Source of the DNA: Spirochaetota bacterium
GTDB taxonomy: Bacteria > Spirochaetota > UBA4802 > JAFGJZ01
Direction: 5' to 3'
Assembly (NCBI GenBank): GCA_035447445.1
Contig: DAOTGZ010000001.1
Coordinates: 1-42,922, forward strand
DNA: 42,922 nt
Position numbers and translations under genes: made by a program. The notes below the pieces were generated by a model that saw only the letters and a list, made by a program, of their open reading frames with translations, searched no databases and was not told the DNA's origin. The first letter of the stretch is position 1. Every line of letters starts with the position of its first letter. This document shows, piece by piece, positions 10,210 to 18,641 of this stretch.

Positions 10210-10674
10210 ATGGAAAAAAACGACATCCGCACATCAATCGATGTAGGCACAAAATGGCTGGAAAAAATTGAAGAATACTCAAAGGCCAAAAAAATAAGCA
10301 TTTCAGATGTTATTAACAGCGTTTTGGACAAATACATGAAGGAGTTGGCTGATAAACCGGAGACATATAACCGGGCAATGAAGTACCAAGCACGCGGAAC
10401 CGATTACCAATCGGTACATATCAGACTGTCGTTTATATCATACAGTCGTTTAAGAGATGTAATGCTTGTTTTTCGTTATAGTCTTTCATATATGCTATCA
10501 TTAGCAATGGAATTTTTTGATGAATATATGAACGAGAGTGAAAAAGAATTTTTTCCACCCTCATTCCACTGTAGTATTATTTCTAGTACTTCTGTTCCCA
10601 AGTTTTTCTCTAATTACTGGCACTTTCCACCAGAAGAGCACTTACTTTATGAAAAGCCCTTTGAAGCTGGCTAA
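10210..10674 (+). CDS. Hypothetical protein with ribbon-helix-helix-like N-terminus
   Basis: 154 aa. SD GGAG lies 8 nt upstream. N-terminus IRTSIDVGTKWLEKIEEYSKAKKISISDVINSVLDKYMKE fits a beta-strand/helix/helix (CopG/Arc-like) pattern. The C-terminal 100 aa are unrecognised, with only a vague resemblance to Leptospira DUF1564-type paralogs. Confidence 0.5.
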   Translation: MEKNDIRTSIDVGTKWLEKIEEYSKAKKISISDVINSVLDKYMKELADKPETYNRAMKYQARGTDYQSVHIRLSFISYSRLRDVMLVFRYSLSYMLSLAMEFFDEYMNESEKEFFPPSFHCSIISSTSVPKFFSNYWHFPPEEHLLYEKPFEAG

Positions 10675-10707
10675 TAATCAGAAGAAATCACCATACAACG
10701 ACAATTT

Positions 10708-11685
10708 TTACCACATACGGCTCATATAAGGGTAAGGATTGATCGGAACATTACCAAGACGAACCTCATAATGGAGGTGATTACCCGTAGAAGCACCGGT
10801 ATGACCTACATAACCGATAACCTGCCCCTTTTTTACATAATCATCAGTTTTTACAATAATACTGGACTGATGCGCGTAAAATGTCTTAAACCCATATTTA
10901 TGCTGCACGCGCACCATCTTTCCGTAGCCGCCACCCCAACCGACCATGATTACTTTACCAGGTGCTGTCGCACGAATAGGCGTTCCCTCTGGTGCCGCAA
11001 TATCAATGCCGGTATGAAAATCCCTTCCAGTTCCAAATGGAGATCTTCTCCAACCGAAAAGCGAGGTAATGTGGCCTCTATTAGGTATTATCGAAGGAGT
11101 ATCGTTGATTACCTGACTTCGCACATCAACAAAATTTCTTACTGTTTTAACGGTATTTGTCGCGCATGCAATATCGCTTTGAAGCTTTTTTAATTCAAAA
11201 ACTTCTGATGGAAGAACCTTTTTCAAATGAGCAAGTTCCTCTTCTGAAACAGCATCATAGTTCTGCACCATAGACCATATTTCTGAAATATCCTCAGAAC
11301 CGGCAGCCATTTCATACAAATCCTCTATTTCCGGACGAATCTCAGACATAAGCTGAGAAACCTCTTTTGTCATCTTTTCATAACTTTTTAACTGATTATG
11401 AATTTCCCGATAATTTTCAATTAATTGTTCTTCTTCGCTCTTAATCTGATTATTTTTCATATAAGCAAACGACGAAGTCGTAACAACTGTCATAAAAAGC
11501 ACAACGAAAAATGAAATTGTAAATTTGGATATCTGAAAATTAAATATTTTCTTCTCATCATGCGGTATAAACATAATGGTCATTTTTTCGTGCCCATGTT
11601 CTAAAAATGATGACCACTTTTTGGCAATTTTTCGTCTTAGAACATGCCGCTTCTCGACAATTTTTCTTTTTACGGAATACAGCAT
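10708..11685 (-). CDS. M23 family metallopeptidase with N-terminal TM and coiled-coil region
   Basis: 325 aa. HTGIDIAAPEGTPIRATAPGKV and GNHLHYEV Zn-ligand motifs. Strong SD AGGGAGGG upstream. Confidence 0.88.
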   Translation of the reverse strand: MLYSVKRKIVEKRHVLRRKIAKKWSSFLEHGHEKMTIMFIPHDEKKIFNFQISKFTISFFVVLFMTVVTTSSFAYMKNNQIKSEEEQLIENYREIHNQLKSYEKMTKEVSQLMSEIRPEIEDLYEMAAGSEDISEIWSMVQNYDAVSEEELAHLKKVLPSEVFELKKLQSDIACATNTVKTVRNFVDVRSQVINDTPSIIPNRGHITSLFGWRRSPFGTGRDFHTGIDIAAPEGTPIRATAPGKVIMVGWGGGYGKMVRVQHKYGFKTFYAHQSSIIVKTDDYVKKGQVIGYVGHTGASTGNHLHYEVRLGNVPINPYPYMSRMW

Positions 11686-11801
11686 AAATTGCCCTCCCTT
11701 TTGTGAAATTATTACATCTTTTAACTAAAAAATGGTGTAAACTTAATTAACCCTTCAATTAACACTTTTTGGCAAGTTTTTTCCTTATATATTTCAAAAT
11801 T

Positions 11802-12329
11802 TTATCTCTTTAAGGCTTTTATTCCAAATAAAACCGGTAAGTCCTTAAAGGGCAACATTGTGATTATCTCATTAAATCGATTCAAATCAATAAAAGCGCT
11901 TCCATTTTCCCATTCAACATAAGCCCAATCATCTGGTATGTCTGCAAATTTTACTTTGGTCAAAGCAAACGGAGCACCATCATTAACCGCTTTTTCACTA
12001 CTTTTTTCTATTTCTTTCTTTATTGTCGGTTGATAACCAACATTTCCCCACCTACGTTTTGCATTTGCCAATTTATAGGCACTATCTTTATACTGTATAT
12101 AGTTAAACAGATACGGAATTTTTTTTGATCGATAACTTAACAGGCCGATTTTTCTTTCAGATCGAGAGCCACGGCTCTCATAACGGATTTTATAAACAAG
12201 TTCATCTTTTACCAACTCTATTTCTTTTTCCCCCGAAGCCAATCGATCACTTTTGTTTTCTGTCCAAACAAAAAAAACCGAAACCATAATCATTGATAAA
12301 ACCAACATTCTAAGACTACCCATAGGCAC
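11802..12329 (-). CDS. Hypothetical secreted/membrane-anchored protein
   Basis: 175-aa ORF with a hydrophobic N-terminus (LRMLVLSMIMVSVFFVW). The track start is GTG and an ATG lies 2 codons in. No recognisable domain. Confidence 0.5.
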   Translation of the reverse strand: MPMGSLRMLVLSMIMVSVFFVWTENKSDRLASGEKEIELVKDELVYKIRYESRGSRSERKIGLLSYRSKKIPYLFNYIQYKDSAYKLANAKRRWGNVGYQPTIKKEIEKSSEKAVNDGAPFALTKVKFADIPDDWAYVEWENGSAFIDLNRFNEIITMLPFKDLPVLFGIKALKR

Positions 12330-12431
12330 CCCATCATTTTAACTTACTTAATTATCAAATATTTGACATATTATACAAACAGAAGTTTCATTGCCATCAA
12401 AAAAAGATTTGTTAGTTACTAGGAGATTTCA

Positions 12432-14045
12432 ATGAAAGAAAAACATATTTGGTGGAAACACGGAGTTATTTATCAAATATACCCCAGAAGTTTTTATGAT
12501 TCTAATAATGATGGCATTGGAGACATAAAAGGAATTACTCTAAAACTTGATTATCTAAAAGAACTTGGAATATCAGGCATCTGGATTTCTCCATTCTACA
12601 AATCACCAAAATATGACTTTGGGTATGACATTTCAGATTACCGTTCAATTGATCCCGATTTCGGAACCGAAAAAGATTTCAAAGAACTGATTAAAGAAGC
12701 ACATAAAAGAAAAATTCATATAATTCTGGATATGGTAATTAATCACACTTCGCACCAGCATCCCTGGTTTATTGATTCATCTTCATCACGACAATCCGCT
12801 AAAAATGACTGGTATCTATGGGTCGATGGCAAAAAAGGAAAATTTCCAAACAACTGGATGAGCGCGTTTGGTGGTCATGCCTGGCATTGGTCTATTGAAA
12901 GACAACAGTACTACCTACATCTTTTTCTAAAAGAACAACCGGATCTAAACTGGCGCAACCCAGATGTGCAAAAAGCTGTTTTTTCAGATATAGAATTCTG
13001 GCTTAAATTAGGCGTTGACGGTTTTCGCTTGGATGTTATAAATTACATTGTTAAAGATAAAGATTTCAAAAACAATCCATACTTTCTTCACAAGACCAAG
13101 CCTCGCAGGCACGACTTACAACATCATCAACATGACCGCAATCAACCCGAAACACATATTATTTTGAAAAAATTACGTAAACTTATGGGTAATTATGGGG
13201 AAACCATGCTCGTAGGAGAGGTTTACCCAGATGAAGATGTAATGAAACCTGAAATACCAGCCTCTTATCTGGGTAACGGAAAAGACGAATTGCATTTGGC
13301 ATTTGATTTCTCAACAATTTTTGCCAAATTTTCCGCAAAATGTTTCCGCAAAATGTTGACCCGTTGGTATCATGCCATACCACAAGACGGCTGGCCCTGC
13401 CACGTTTTATCTAATCACGATAAGAGCAGAGCTATATCGCGCTTAGCGAAAGGAAACACAGATAAAGCAAAATTACTTATGACCCTTCTTCTAACACAGT
13501 ATGGAACACCTTTTCTGTATTACGGAGAAGAGATCGGAATGACGGATGTCCCCATCAAACGAAAGGATATCGTTGACCCACCGGGAAAGCAATACTGGCC
13601 CTTTTATAAGGGACGCGATGGAGTTAGAACACCTATGCAGTGGAACAGTAAAAAAAATGCGGGGTTCAGCAATTCCAAACCATGGCTTCCTGTTAGCAAA
13701 GACAGTGTCCACATCAATGTAAAATATCAATATGATAAACACGATTCAATGTTAAACTATACAAAAGCACTTATCAGGCTAAGACAAACCCTTACTAGCC
13801 TTAATCGTGGCTCAATTAATTTCGAATCATCTCATTCATCTGTATTAGCCTATAGCAGAACACACCAATCAGAATCTGTCATGATTTTGCTTAATTTCAG
13901 TCGTTTCAAGAAAAGCTATAACCTGCCATCTAATGATTATCATATAGTTTTAAATTCACTAATTACAAACACAACAATAGCTGTCAGAAACAATATCGTT
14001 CTCCAACCTTATCAAGCATTGATTATAAAAAAAGAGAATTCCTGA
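12432..14045 (+). CDS. GH13 alpha-glucosidase (oligo-1,6-glucosidase / trehalose-6-phosphate hydrolase-like)
   Basis: 537 aa. WWKHGVIYQIYPRSF, DMVINHTS, GVDGFRLDVINYI, VGEVY, SNHDKSR: the classic GH13 conserved regions. Confidence 0.88.
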   Translation: MKEKHIWWKHGVIYQIYPRSFYDSNNDGIGDIKGITLKLDYLKELGISGIWISPFYKSPKYDFGYDISDYRSIDPDFGTEKDFKELIKEAHKRKIHIILDMVINHTSHQHPWFIDSSSSRQSAKNDWYLWVDGKKGKFPNNWMSAFGGHAWHWSIERQQYYLHLFLKEQPDLNWRNPDVQKAVFSDIEFWLKLGVDGFRLDVINYIVKDKDFKNNPYFLHKTKPRRHDLQHHQHDRNQPETHIILKKLRKLMGNYGETMLVGEVYPDEDVMKPEIPASYLGNGKDELHLAFDFSTIFAKFSAKCFRKMLTRWYHAIPQDGWPCHVLSNHDKSRAISRLAKGNTDKAKLLMTLLLTQYGTPFLYYGEEIGMTDVPIKRKDIVDPPGKQYWPFYKGRDGVRTPMQWNSKKNAGFSNSKPWLPVSKDSVHINVKYQYDKHDSMLNYTKALIRLRQTLTSLNRGSINFESSHSSVLAYSRTHQSESVMILLNFSRFKKSYNLPSNDYHIVLNSLITNTTIAVRNNIVLQPYQALIIKKENS

Positions 14046-14052
14046 TTCACTG

Positions 14053-14091
14053 CAGAAAAAAGTAATTATTTGAAATAATTACTTTTTTCTG
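14053..14091 (+). terminator. Hairpin terminator after the alpha-glucosidase gene
   Basis: Perfect 17-bp AT-rich stem CAGAAAAAAGTAATTAT / ATAATTACTTTTTTCTG with a 5-nt loop, starting 8 nt after the stop. Confidence 0.65.
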
Positions 14092-14145
14092 TATCATTAA
14101 TAGAAATAAATAACCTTATATTTATTATATTATGAGGATATAACA

Positions 14146-15222
14146 ATGTTACTAAAAAGATTACTAATTATTTTTGTATTAATTAATTCACCATTTTCTA
14201 TTTCCGCAGCCGACCCCAAGCCTCAACTAATGTACAAATCAAATTCTGTTATTTGGGGTTTTACATTTATTAATGCAAATGAGATTATTATTTCCGAAAA
14301 ATCTGGTAAGCTCGGTTTATTTATGGTTAATTCACGACAATACCGTGAAATAAATCACAATATCCCGTTTTCTGTTCATGGTCAGGGTGGTCTTCTTGAT
14401 GTAGCATATGATTCGAGTATTATGACACTATTTATCACTTATGCAAGAAAAACAAAAACCGATCTCTACACAACCGCCCTAGCCTCTGGTAAATATTCAG
14501 AAAACACTAACTCAATTAATTTTAAAGAAATATTTGTCTCAAAAGCCGAATCACCTAAAGGTGTTCATTTTGGATCCCGAATTGCTCTTGATAAAAAAAG
14601 CAGACAATTATATATCACAATCGGAGACAGGGGCCTAAGGAAAAGGGCTCAAGATCTCGCATTTCATAACGGTAAAATTCTCCGATTAACCTATAATGGT
14701 GATGCTGTATCTACCAACCCCTTCTACAATAAAAAAAATGCGTTACCTGAAATTTTCAGCTACGGACATCGCAACCCGCAAGGAATATACATAAGAAAAG
14801 ACGGACATATATTTATTTCAGAATTTGGACCTAAAGGTGGTGATGAGATAAATATTATTTTACCCGGAAAAAACTACGGCTGGCCTCTTGCAACTTACGG
14901 AAAAGAATACTCCGGTGCAACCATCGCCCCTACACATCATCCTGGAACAGAACAGCCTGTTGTCTGGTATGTACCGGCTATCTCACCCTCAGGCATGACC
15001 ATATATGAACATGATTATTTTCCACAGTGGACCGGGCAAATATTCATGGGAGCTTTATCCGCAAGACACTTACACAGACTCAATATAATTCAAGGTGAAA
15101 ATAACCAAAAAGTTAAAATGTACTCTGAACTGAACAAACGAGTTCGTCATGTTTCATACAACGACGTAGGGCAAATATTTTTTTCAACAGATCATGGGGA
15201 ACTCTATATTATAAGCAAATAA
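14146..15222 (+). CDS. PQQ-dependent soluble sugar (glucose/sorbosone) dehydrogenase, secreted
   Basis: 358 aa with a signal peptide. GGLLDVA, HFGSRIA, GHRNPQG and NYGWP motifs typical of YliI/sorbosone dehydrogenase beta-propellers. Confidence 0.82.
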   Translation: MLLKRLLIIFVLINSPFSISAADPKPQLMYKSNSVIWGFTFINANEIIISEKSGKLGLFMVNSRQYREINHNIPFSVHGQGGLLDVAYDSSIMTLFITYARKTKTDLYTTALASGKYSENTNSINFKEIFVSKAESPKGVHFGSRIALDKKSRQLYITIGDRGLRKRAQDLAFHNGKILRLTYNGDAVSTNPFYNKKNALPEIFSYGHRNPQGIYIRKDGHIFISEFGPKGGDEINIILPGKNYGWPLATYGKEYSGATIAPTHHPGTEQPVVWYVPAISPSGMTIYEHDYFPQWTGQIFMGALSARHLHRLNIIQGENNQKVKMYSELNKRVRHVSYNDVGQIFFSTDHGELYIISK

Positions 15223-15230
15223 AAACCGCC

Positions 15231-15269
15231 CATCCGGATAAAATCCGTCCGGATGTCCTACACTTTTTT
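15231..15269 (+). terminator. Probable intrinsic terminator
   Basis: CATCCGGA / TCCGGATG stem (15231-15255), then a T6 run at 15264-15269. Confidence 0.55.
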
Positions 15270-15448
15270 AAAATTTTTAGTGACATATAACTAACCTTTT
15301 GATATTAATTTACGGTTAGTTACCGGAAGCACTGCCCGTCAGGCACCATAAATATTCCTGTACGCAACTAAGCGGTAACGGCCCTGATAACTTATAAATT
15401 CAAACTTGTAACTCTATTTAAGCAGTTACAATAACAAGGAGAATTAAG

Positions 15449-15880
15449 ATGACAGGGACAATGACAGCTCAATCATCAATTTATCTTTCAAAAAAACTTA
15501 CAGCAGCCGCAAAAAAACTTGGAGAGCGGGAGCTTATAACTCTTGTTCGCAAAGCTGAATCTTTATTAGACCAGCAAAAATCATTCCGAGACAGTGCTAA
15601 AACAAATCCTCTTTCTGTAACCGTTTCAGACAGCACCGACGGAAACAGCTTTAGGCTTTTGATAGGAAGCACACCTAAAGTTTTTCAACGTTATGAGATG
15701 CGAAAAATGGTAAAATTATGCCAAAAAGCCGACAACAGAATCAGAGGATCGCAAAAACTTAAAATTTGGCTAAGAAATAATCGTCCAGATTTTTTTCTTG
15801 ATCATAAAATTGGAAACAACTGGGATTTGGCTTTAGCTGAAATATATGATTATCTTATCAATAACTATACAGTACAATAG
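15449..15880 (+). CDS. Hypothetical protein (143 aa), no recognisable domain
   Basis: Strong SD AAGGAG lies 7 nt upstream of the ATG. A hairpin terminator follows. Basic, helical-looking N-terminus. Confidence 0.6.
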   Translation: MTGTMTAQSSIYLSKKLTAAAKKLGERELITLVRKAESLLDQQKSFRDSAKTNPLSVTVSDSTDGNSFRLLIGSTPKVFQRYEMRKMVKLCQKADNRIRGSQKLKIWLRNNRPDFFLDHKIGNNWDLALAEIYDYLINNYTVQ

Positions 15881-15923
15881 TTCATTAAGCAAAATATTTG
15901 TTAAGCCAACATAAAACACTATC

Positions 15924-15954
15924 TACCCGGCATCGAAATAAACCTTGCCGGGTA
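15924..15954. terminator. Bidirectional terminator hairpin between convergent genes
   Basis: TACCCGGCA / TGCCGGGTA 9-bp stem with a 13-nt loop and T/A-rich flanks on both sides. Confidence 0.65.
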
Positions 15955-15983
15955 AATAATTTATTTATTAAAGTAAAAACTAT

Positions 15984-17486
15984 TTATAAATTTTCATTCA
16001 TACAATTATCACAATTTCCACAAACAATTTTTTCAGATGAAAAATAGTCATGGATATAATTTTTACGGCAACCTTTCTCTTTTACATAATTCAACATTCC
16101 AAGCAGCCTGATTCTATCATATTTCATTTTATCATCAATACGCTTTAAATCAAACAACGAGTCATCTCCGTTATGTTTTAACCTCAATGTTCCATTTCCT
16201 GGCTCACCTTCTATATATCCAAATCTTTCCAATAACGACAATCCTGTCGCAAGACGATGATCAGATCGATTCTTAAAAACCAGTTGCTCTTGAATATCCT
16301 GATAGCTTAATGAATTAAGGGCAGCCTGACTATTTTGAAGCAAAGAAAGAGTGCGTTTCAAAAACTTTTGATCAGGATTTCGCCATTCTAGAAACTGTAA
16401 TTGAACTGCTAAATCAGATTCATCATAATAAAGCCTACATTCCGAAGAATTACCATCACGACCAGCTCTTCCTATTTCCTGATAATATGATTCAATAGAA
16501 TCAGGTATTTCCGCATGAATAATTGTTCTAATATCTTCTTTGTCAACGCCCATTCCGAAAGCGTTAGTCGCGATCATTATCTGATCTTTACTTTGAATAA
16601 ATTTATTTTGAGCATCTTGTCTTCTATATTTATCCATTTTTCCATGGTAAACAATAAAATTCATATTTTTATTAATCAAATAATCGCAACATTTTTCAAT
16701 TGAGCTTATCAAACTGAAATAGACAATTGCACTACCTTTTCTAAATTTTAAATATTCTGTGATCGCCTCAAATTTATCAAGCTCACCATAAACCTGATAA
16801 ACCGAAAGGTTTAAGTTATCACGGCAAATACCATCATTATATACATCAACATCATCATGACAAACACCTATCTTAGATAAAATATCATTACGCACTTCTG
16901 TTGTTGCTGTAGCAGTAAAAGCTGCGGTCACAGGATTATTGAGTATGGCCCTATACTCAAATATCTTTGCGTAATCAGGCCTAAAGTCATTACCCCATTG
17001 ACTTACGCAATGAGCCTCGTCTAGAACAAGCATTGATATTTTTCTAAATGAAACCGATTTTAAAAAAGTACTATTTCTAAATCGTTCAGGTGATATATAT
17101 AATAGTTTATATTTTCCCTGTTTTATTCCTCTATAACGGCTCTCACGCTGATCATACGAAAGTGACGAATTAATAAATTCAGCATCAATACCCGTTTTTT
17201 TCAATCGGTCAACTTGATCTTTCATTAAGGCTATCAATGGAGATATTACTATAGTCAAGCCGTCAAAGATAAGGGCGGGAATCTGAAAACACATTGATTT
17301 CCCCATGCCAGTGGGCATAACTGATAAAACATTTTTCCCATTCATCAACGACTCAATTATCTTCTTTTGCGAAGCCCTAAATTCATTTTTTTTGAAAATA
17401 TTACGCAAAATCCATTCCGGACTTTTAGTCTCATTTATCATTAAACCTAAACACCCTATTTCTATTAATTCTATACTCTTGGCCAT
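15984..17486 (-). CDS. RecQ-family DNA helicase paralog (short form, no HRDC)
   Basis: 500 aa. MPTGMGKSMCFQIP, DEAHCVSQWGNDFRPDY, YYQEIGRAGRDG. The Cys cluster CRKNYIHDYFSSEKIVCGNCDNC lies at the extreme C-terminus. Confidence 0.85.
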   Translation of the reverse strand: MAKSIELIEIGCLGLMINETKSPEWILRNIFKKNEFRASQKKIIESLMNGKNVLSVMPTGMGKSMCFQIPALIFDGLTIVISPLIALMKDQVDRLKKTGIDAEFINSSLSYDQRESRYRGIKQGKYKLLYISPERFRNSTFLKSVSFRKISMLVLDEAHCVSQWGNDFRPDYAKIFEYRAILNNPVTAAFTATATTEVRNDILSKIGVCHDDVDVYNDGICRDNLNLSVYQVYGELDKFEAITEYLKFRKGSAIVYFSLISSIEKCCDYLINKNMNFIVYHGKMDKYRRQDAQNKFIQSKDQIMIATNAFGMGVDKEDIRTIIHAEIPDSIESYYQEIGRAGRDGNSSECRLYYDESDLAVQLQFLEWRNPDQKFLKRTLSLLQNSQAALNSLSYQDIQEQLVFKNRSDHRLATGLSLLERFGYIEGEPGNGTLRLKHNGDDSLFDLKRIDDKMKYDRIRLLGMLNYVKEKGCRKNYIHDYFSSEKIVCGNCDNCMNENL

Positions 17487-17582
17487 TCAAACCAACTTGT
17501 TAATATCATAAGATGATCATTAGTTTTTTTCCCATACAAAATCAAACACAATTATAGCGCTAAGTTAAACAACCGATTGCAT

Positions 17583-17610
17583 TTGACATCTTTAAAAATT
17601 TTTTTATAAT
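17583..17610 (+). promoter_or_regulatory. Consensus sigma70-type promoter
   Basis: TTGACA (17583-17588), a 16-nt spacer, then TATAAT (17605-17610). It lies about 185 nt upstream of the OMP gene. A second candidate is ATGACA-17-TACAAT near 17669-17697. Confidence 0.5.
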
Positions 17611-17796
17611 TCTATTTGATATTGTTACCTCTAATATGTTTATTTTAAATCCTAATTATAAAAAAAGTGATGACAAATTTTCCAAGCAATGATACAATTT
17701 AACTGTTTATTATATTACGGAATCTTTTAAAAACAACTAACAAACTGATTGTAAAATAAGGTTTTTTAAAAGTACTTCTACAAAGGAGAGATGTTT

Positions 17797-18414
17797 ATGA
17801 AAAAGGGGATTCTTATTTTGCTCGTTCTTTTCAGTACTTCAATGCTTTCCGCCTTAAATCTTCAAAAATCAGCCGGATTAACTCTTAATGCTACACGTTA
17901 CAGTTGGGAGTATGAATATGGTGACAATACTTCCCAGGCAAGTTTTCCTTACTCTGTTATCGGAATCGAAGCATTTTTCGATATGACCTATTTCAGAGTA
18001 GGCCTTAGCTATAACAGTAGCATGGGTGATATTACTTTCGAAACCGAAACTGACGATAGTTCCACTTCACAAGACCTTGAATATGAATTTTCAACCTGCG
18101 ATGTGATGCTTATTGGCAAATATCCTATTAAAAAGGGCAAATTTGACATTTGGCCAGGTCTTGGAATTAACTACTCTATGAATATGACTTTCAATGATGA
18201 AGACGGTAATGAAATAGAAGATACGGATATGGACGACCTGTATATTTTAGCTGTTCTTGGAATGGATTACCATATCGATTCCAAACTCTATATTACAGGT
18301 AGCCTTGATTTTGGTTATAACATCAATCCAAAGATGTATGACAACAGTTCAAATGAAGATGACTGGAGTGGATATAAGTCATCTATAAAAATCGGTGCAG
18401 GCTACTACTTTTAA
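17797..18414 (+). CDS. Outer-membrane beta-barrel protein
   Basis: Signal peptide MKKGILILLVLFSTSMLSA, alternating beta-strand pattern, and C-terminal GAGYYF (terminal aromatic). I prefer ATG 17797 (8 nt after GGAG) over the track start 17791. Confidence 0.7.
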   Translation: MKKGILILLVLFSTSMLSALNLQKSAGLTLNATRYSWEYEYGDNTSQASFPYSVIGIEAFFDMTYFRVGLSYNSSMGDITFETETDDSSTSQDLEYEFSTCDVMLIGKYPIKKGKFDIWPGLGINYSMNMTFNDEDGNEIEDTDMDDLYILAVLGMDYHIDSKLYITGSLDFGYNINPKMYDNSSNEDDWSGYKSSIKIGAGYYF

Positions 18415-18426
18415 TAAATTTCAAAT

Positions 18427-18451
18427 ACAGGGAAGAAATATTCTTCCCTGT
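18427..18451 (+). terminator. Hairpin after the OMP gene
   Basis: ACAGGGAAGAA / TTCTTCCCTGT 11-bp stem with a 3-nt loop. There is no clean T run, so termination activity is uncertain. Confidence 0.5.
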
Positions 18452-18641
18452 AAATCTTCTGCAATAATTATTTATTCACTAATCGCTAAATTTATTAAAT
18501 ATTAATTCCGCTAACTCTTTTTTTTACTAACTTCTTGTTTTTTTGTCGCTTAATTTGTCTAAAAAAAGCCCATTAATACATTTGACAACCACTGCTATTG
18601 GAAGCATCTGGATATATAAAATTATTCCAGGCAGGTATTTC

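Noticed and set aside
15300-15395. Possible SRP (4.5S) RNA or known riboswitch, prompted by CCGGAAGCAC ... CCGTCAGGCACC
   Set aside because: The conserved SRP motif GUCAGGUCCGGAAGGAAGCAGC is not present in either orientation, and the pieces are in the wrong order. There is no convincing match to c-di-GMP-I/II, TPP, cobalamin or other classes I can recall. I kept it only as a generic structured-leader candidate.
15406-15432. Promoter TTGTAA-15-TACAAT overlapping the 7-bp inverted repeat just upstream of the 15449 gene
   Set aside because: The predicted start site (about 15439) would fall inside the AAGGAG SD (15436-15441). The 15-nt spacer is also short, so the real promoter is probably further upstream.
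18543-18641. TTG-initiated 33-codon extension of the antiporter ORF
   Set aside because: There is no SD. The extension is not hydrophobic or signal-like, and the ATG at 18642 begins a typical N-terminal hydrophobic segment (MRLLTIFLYLIPSMAFA).
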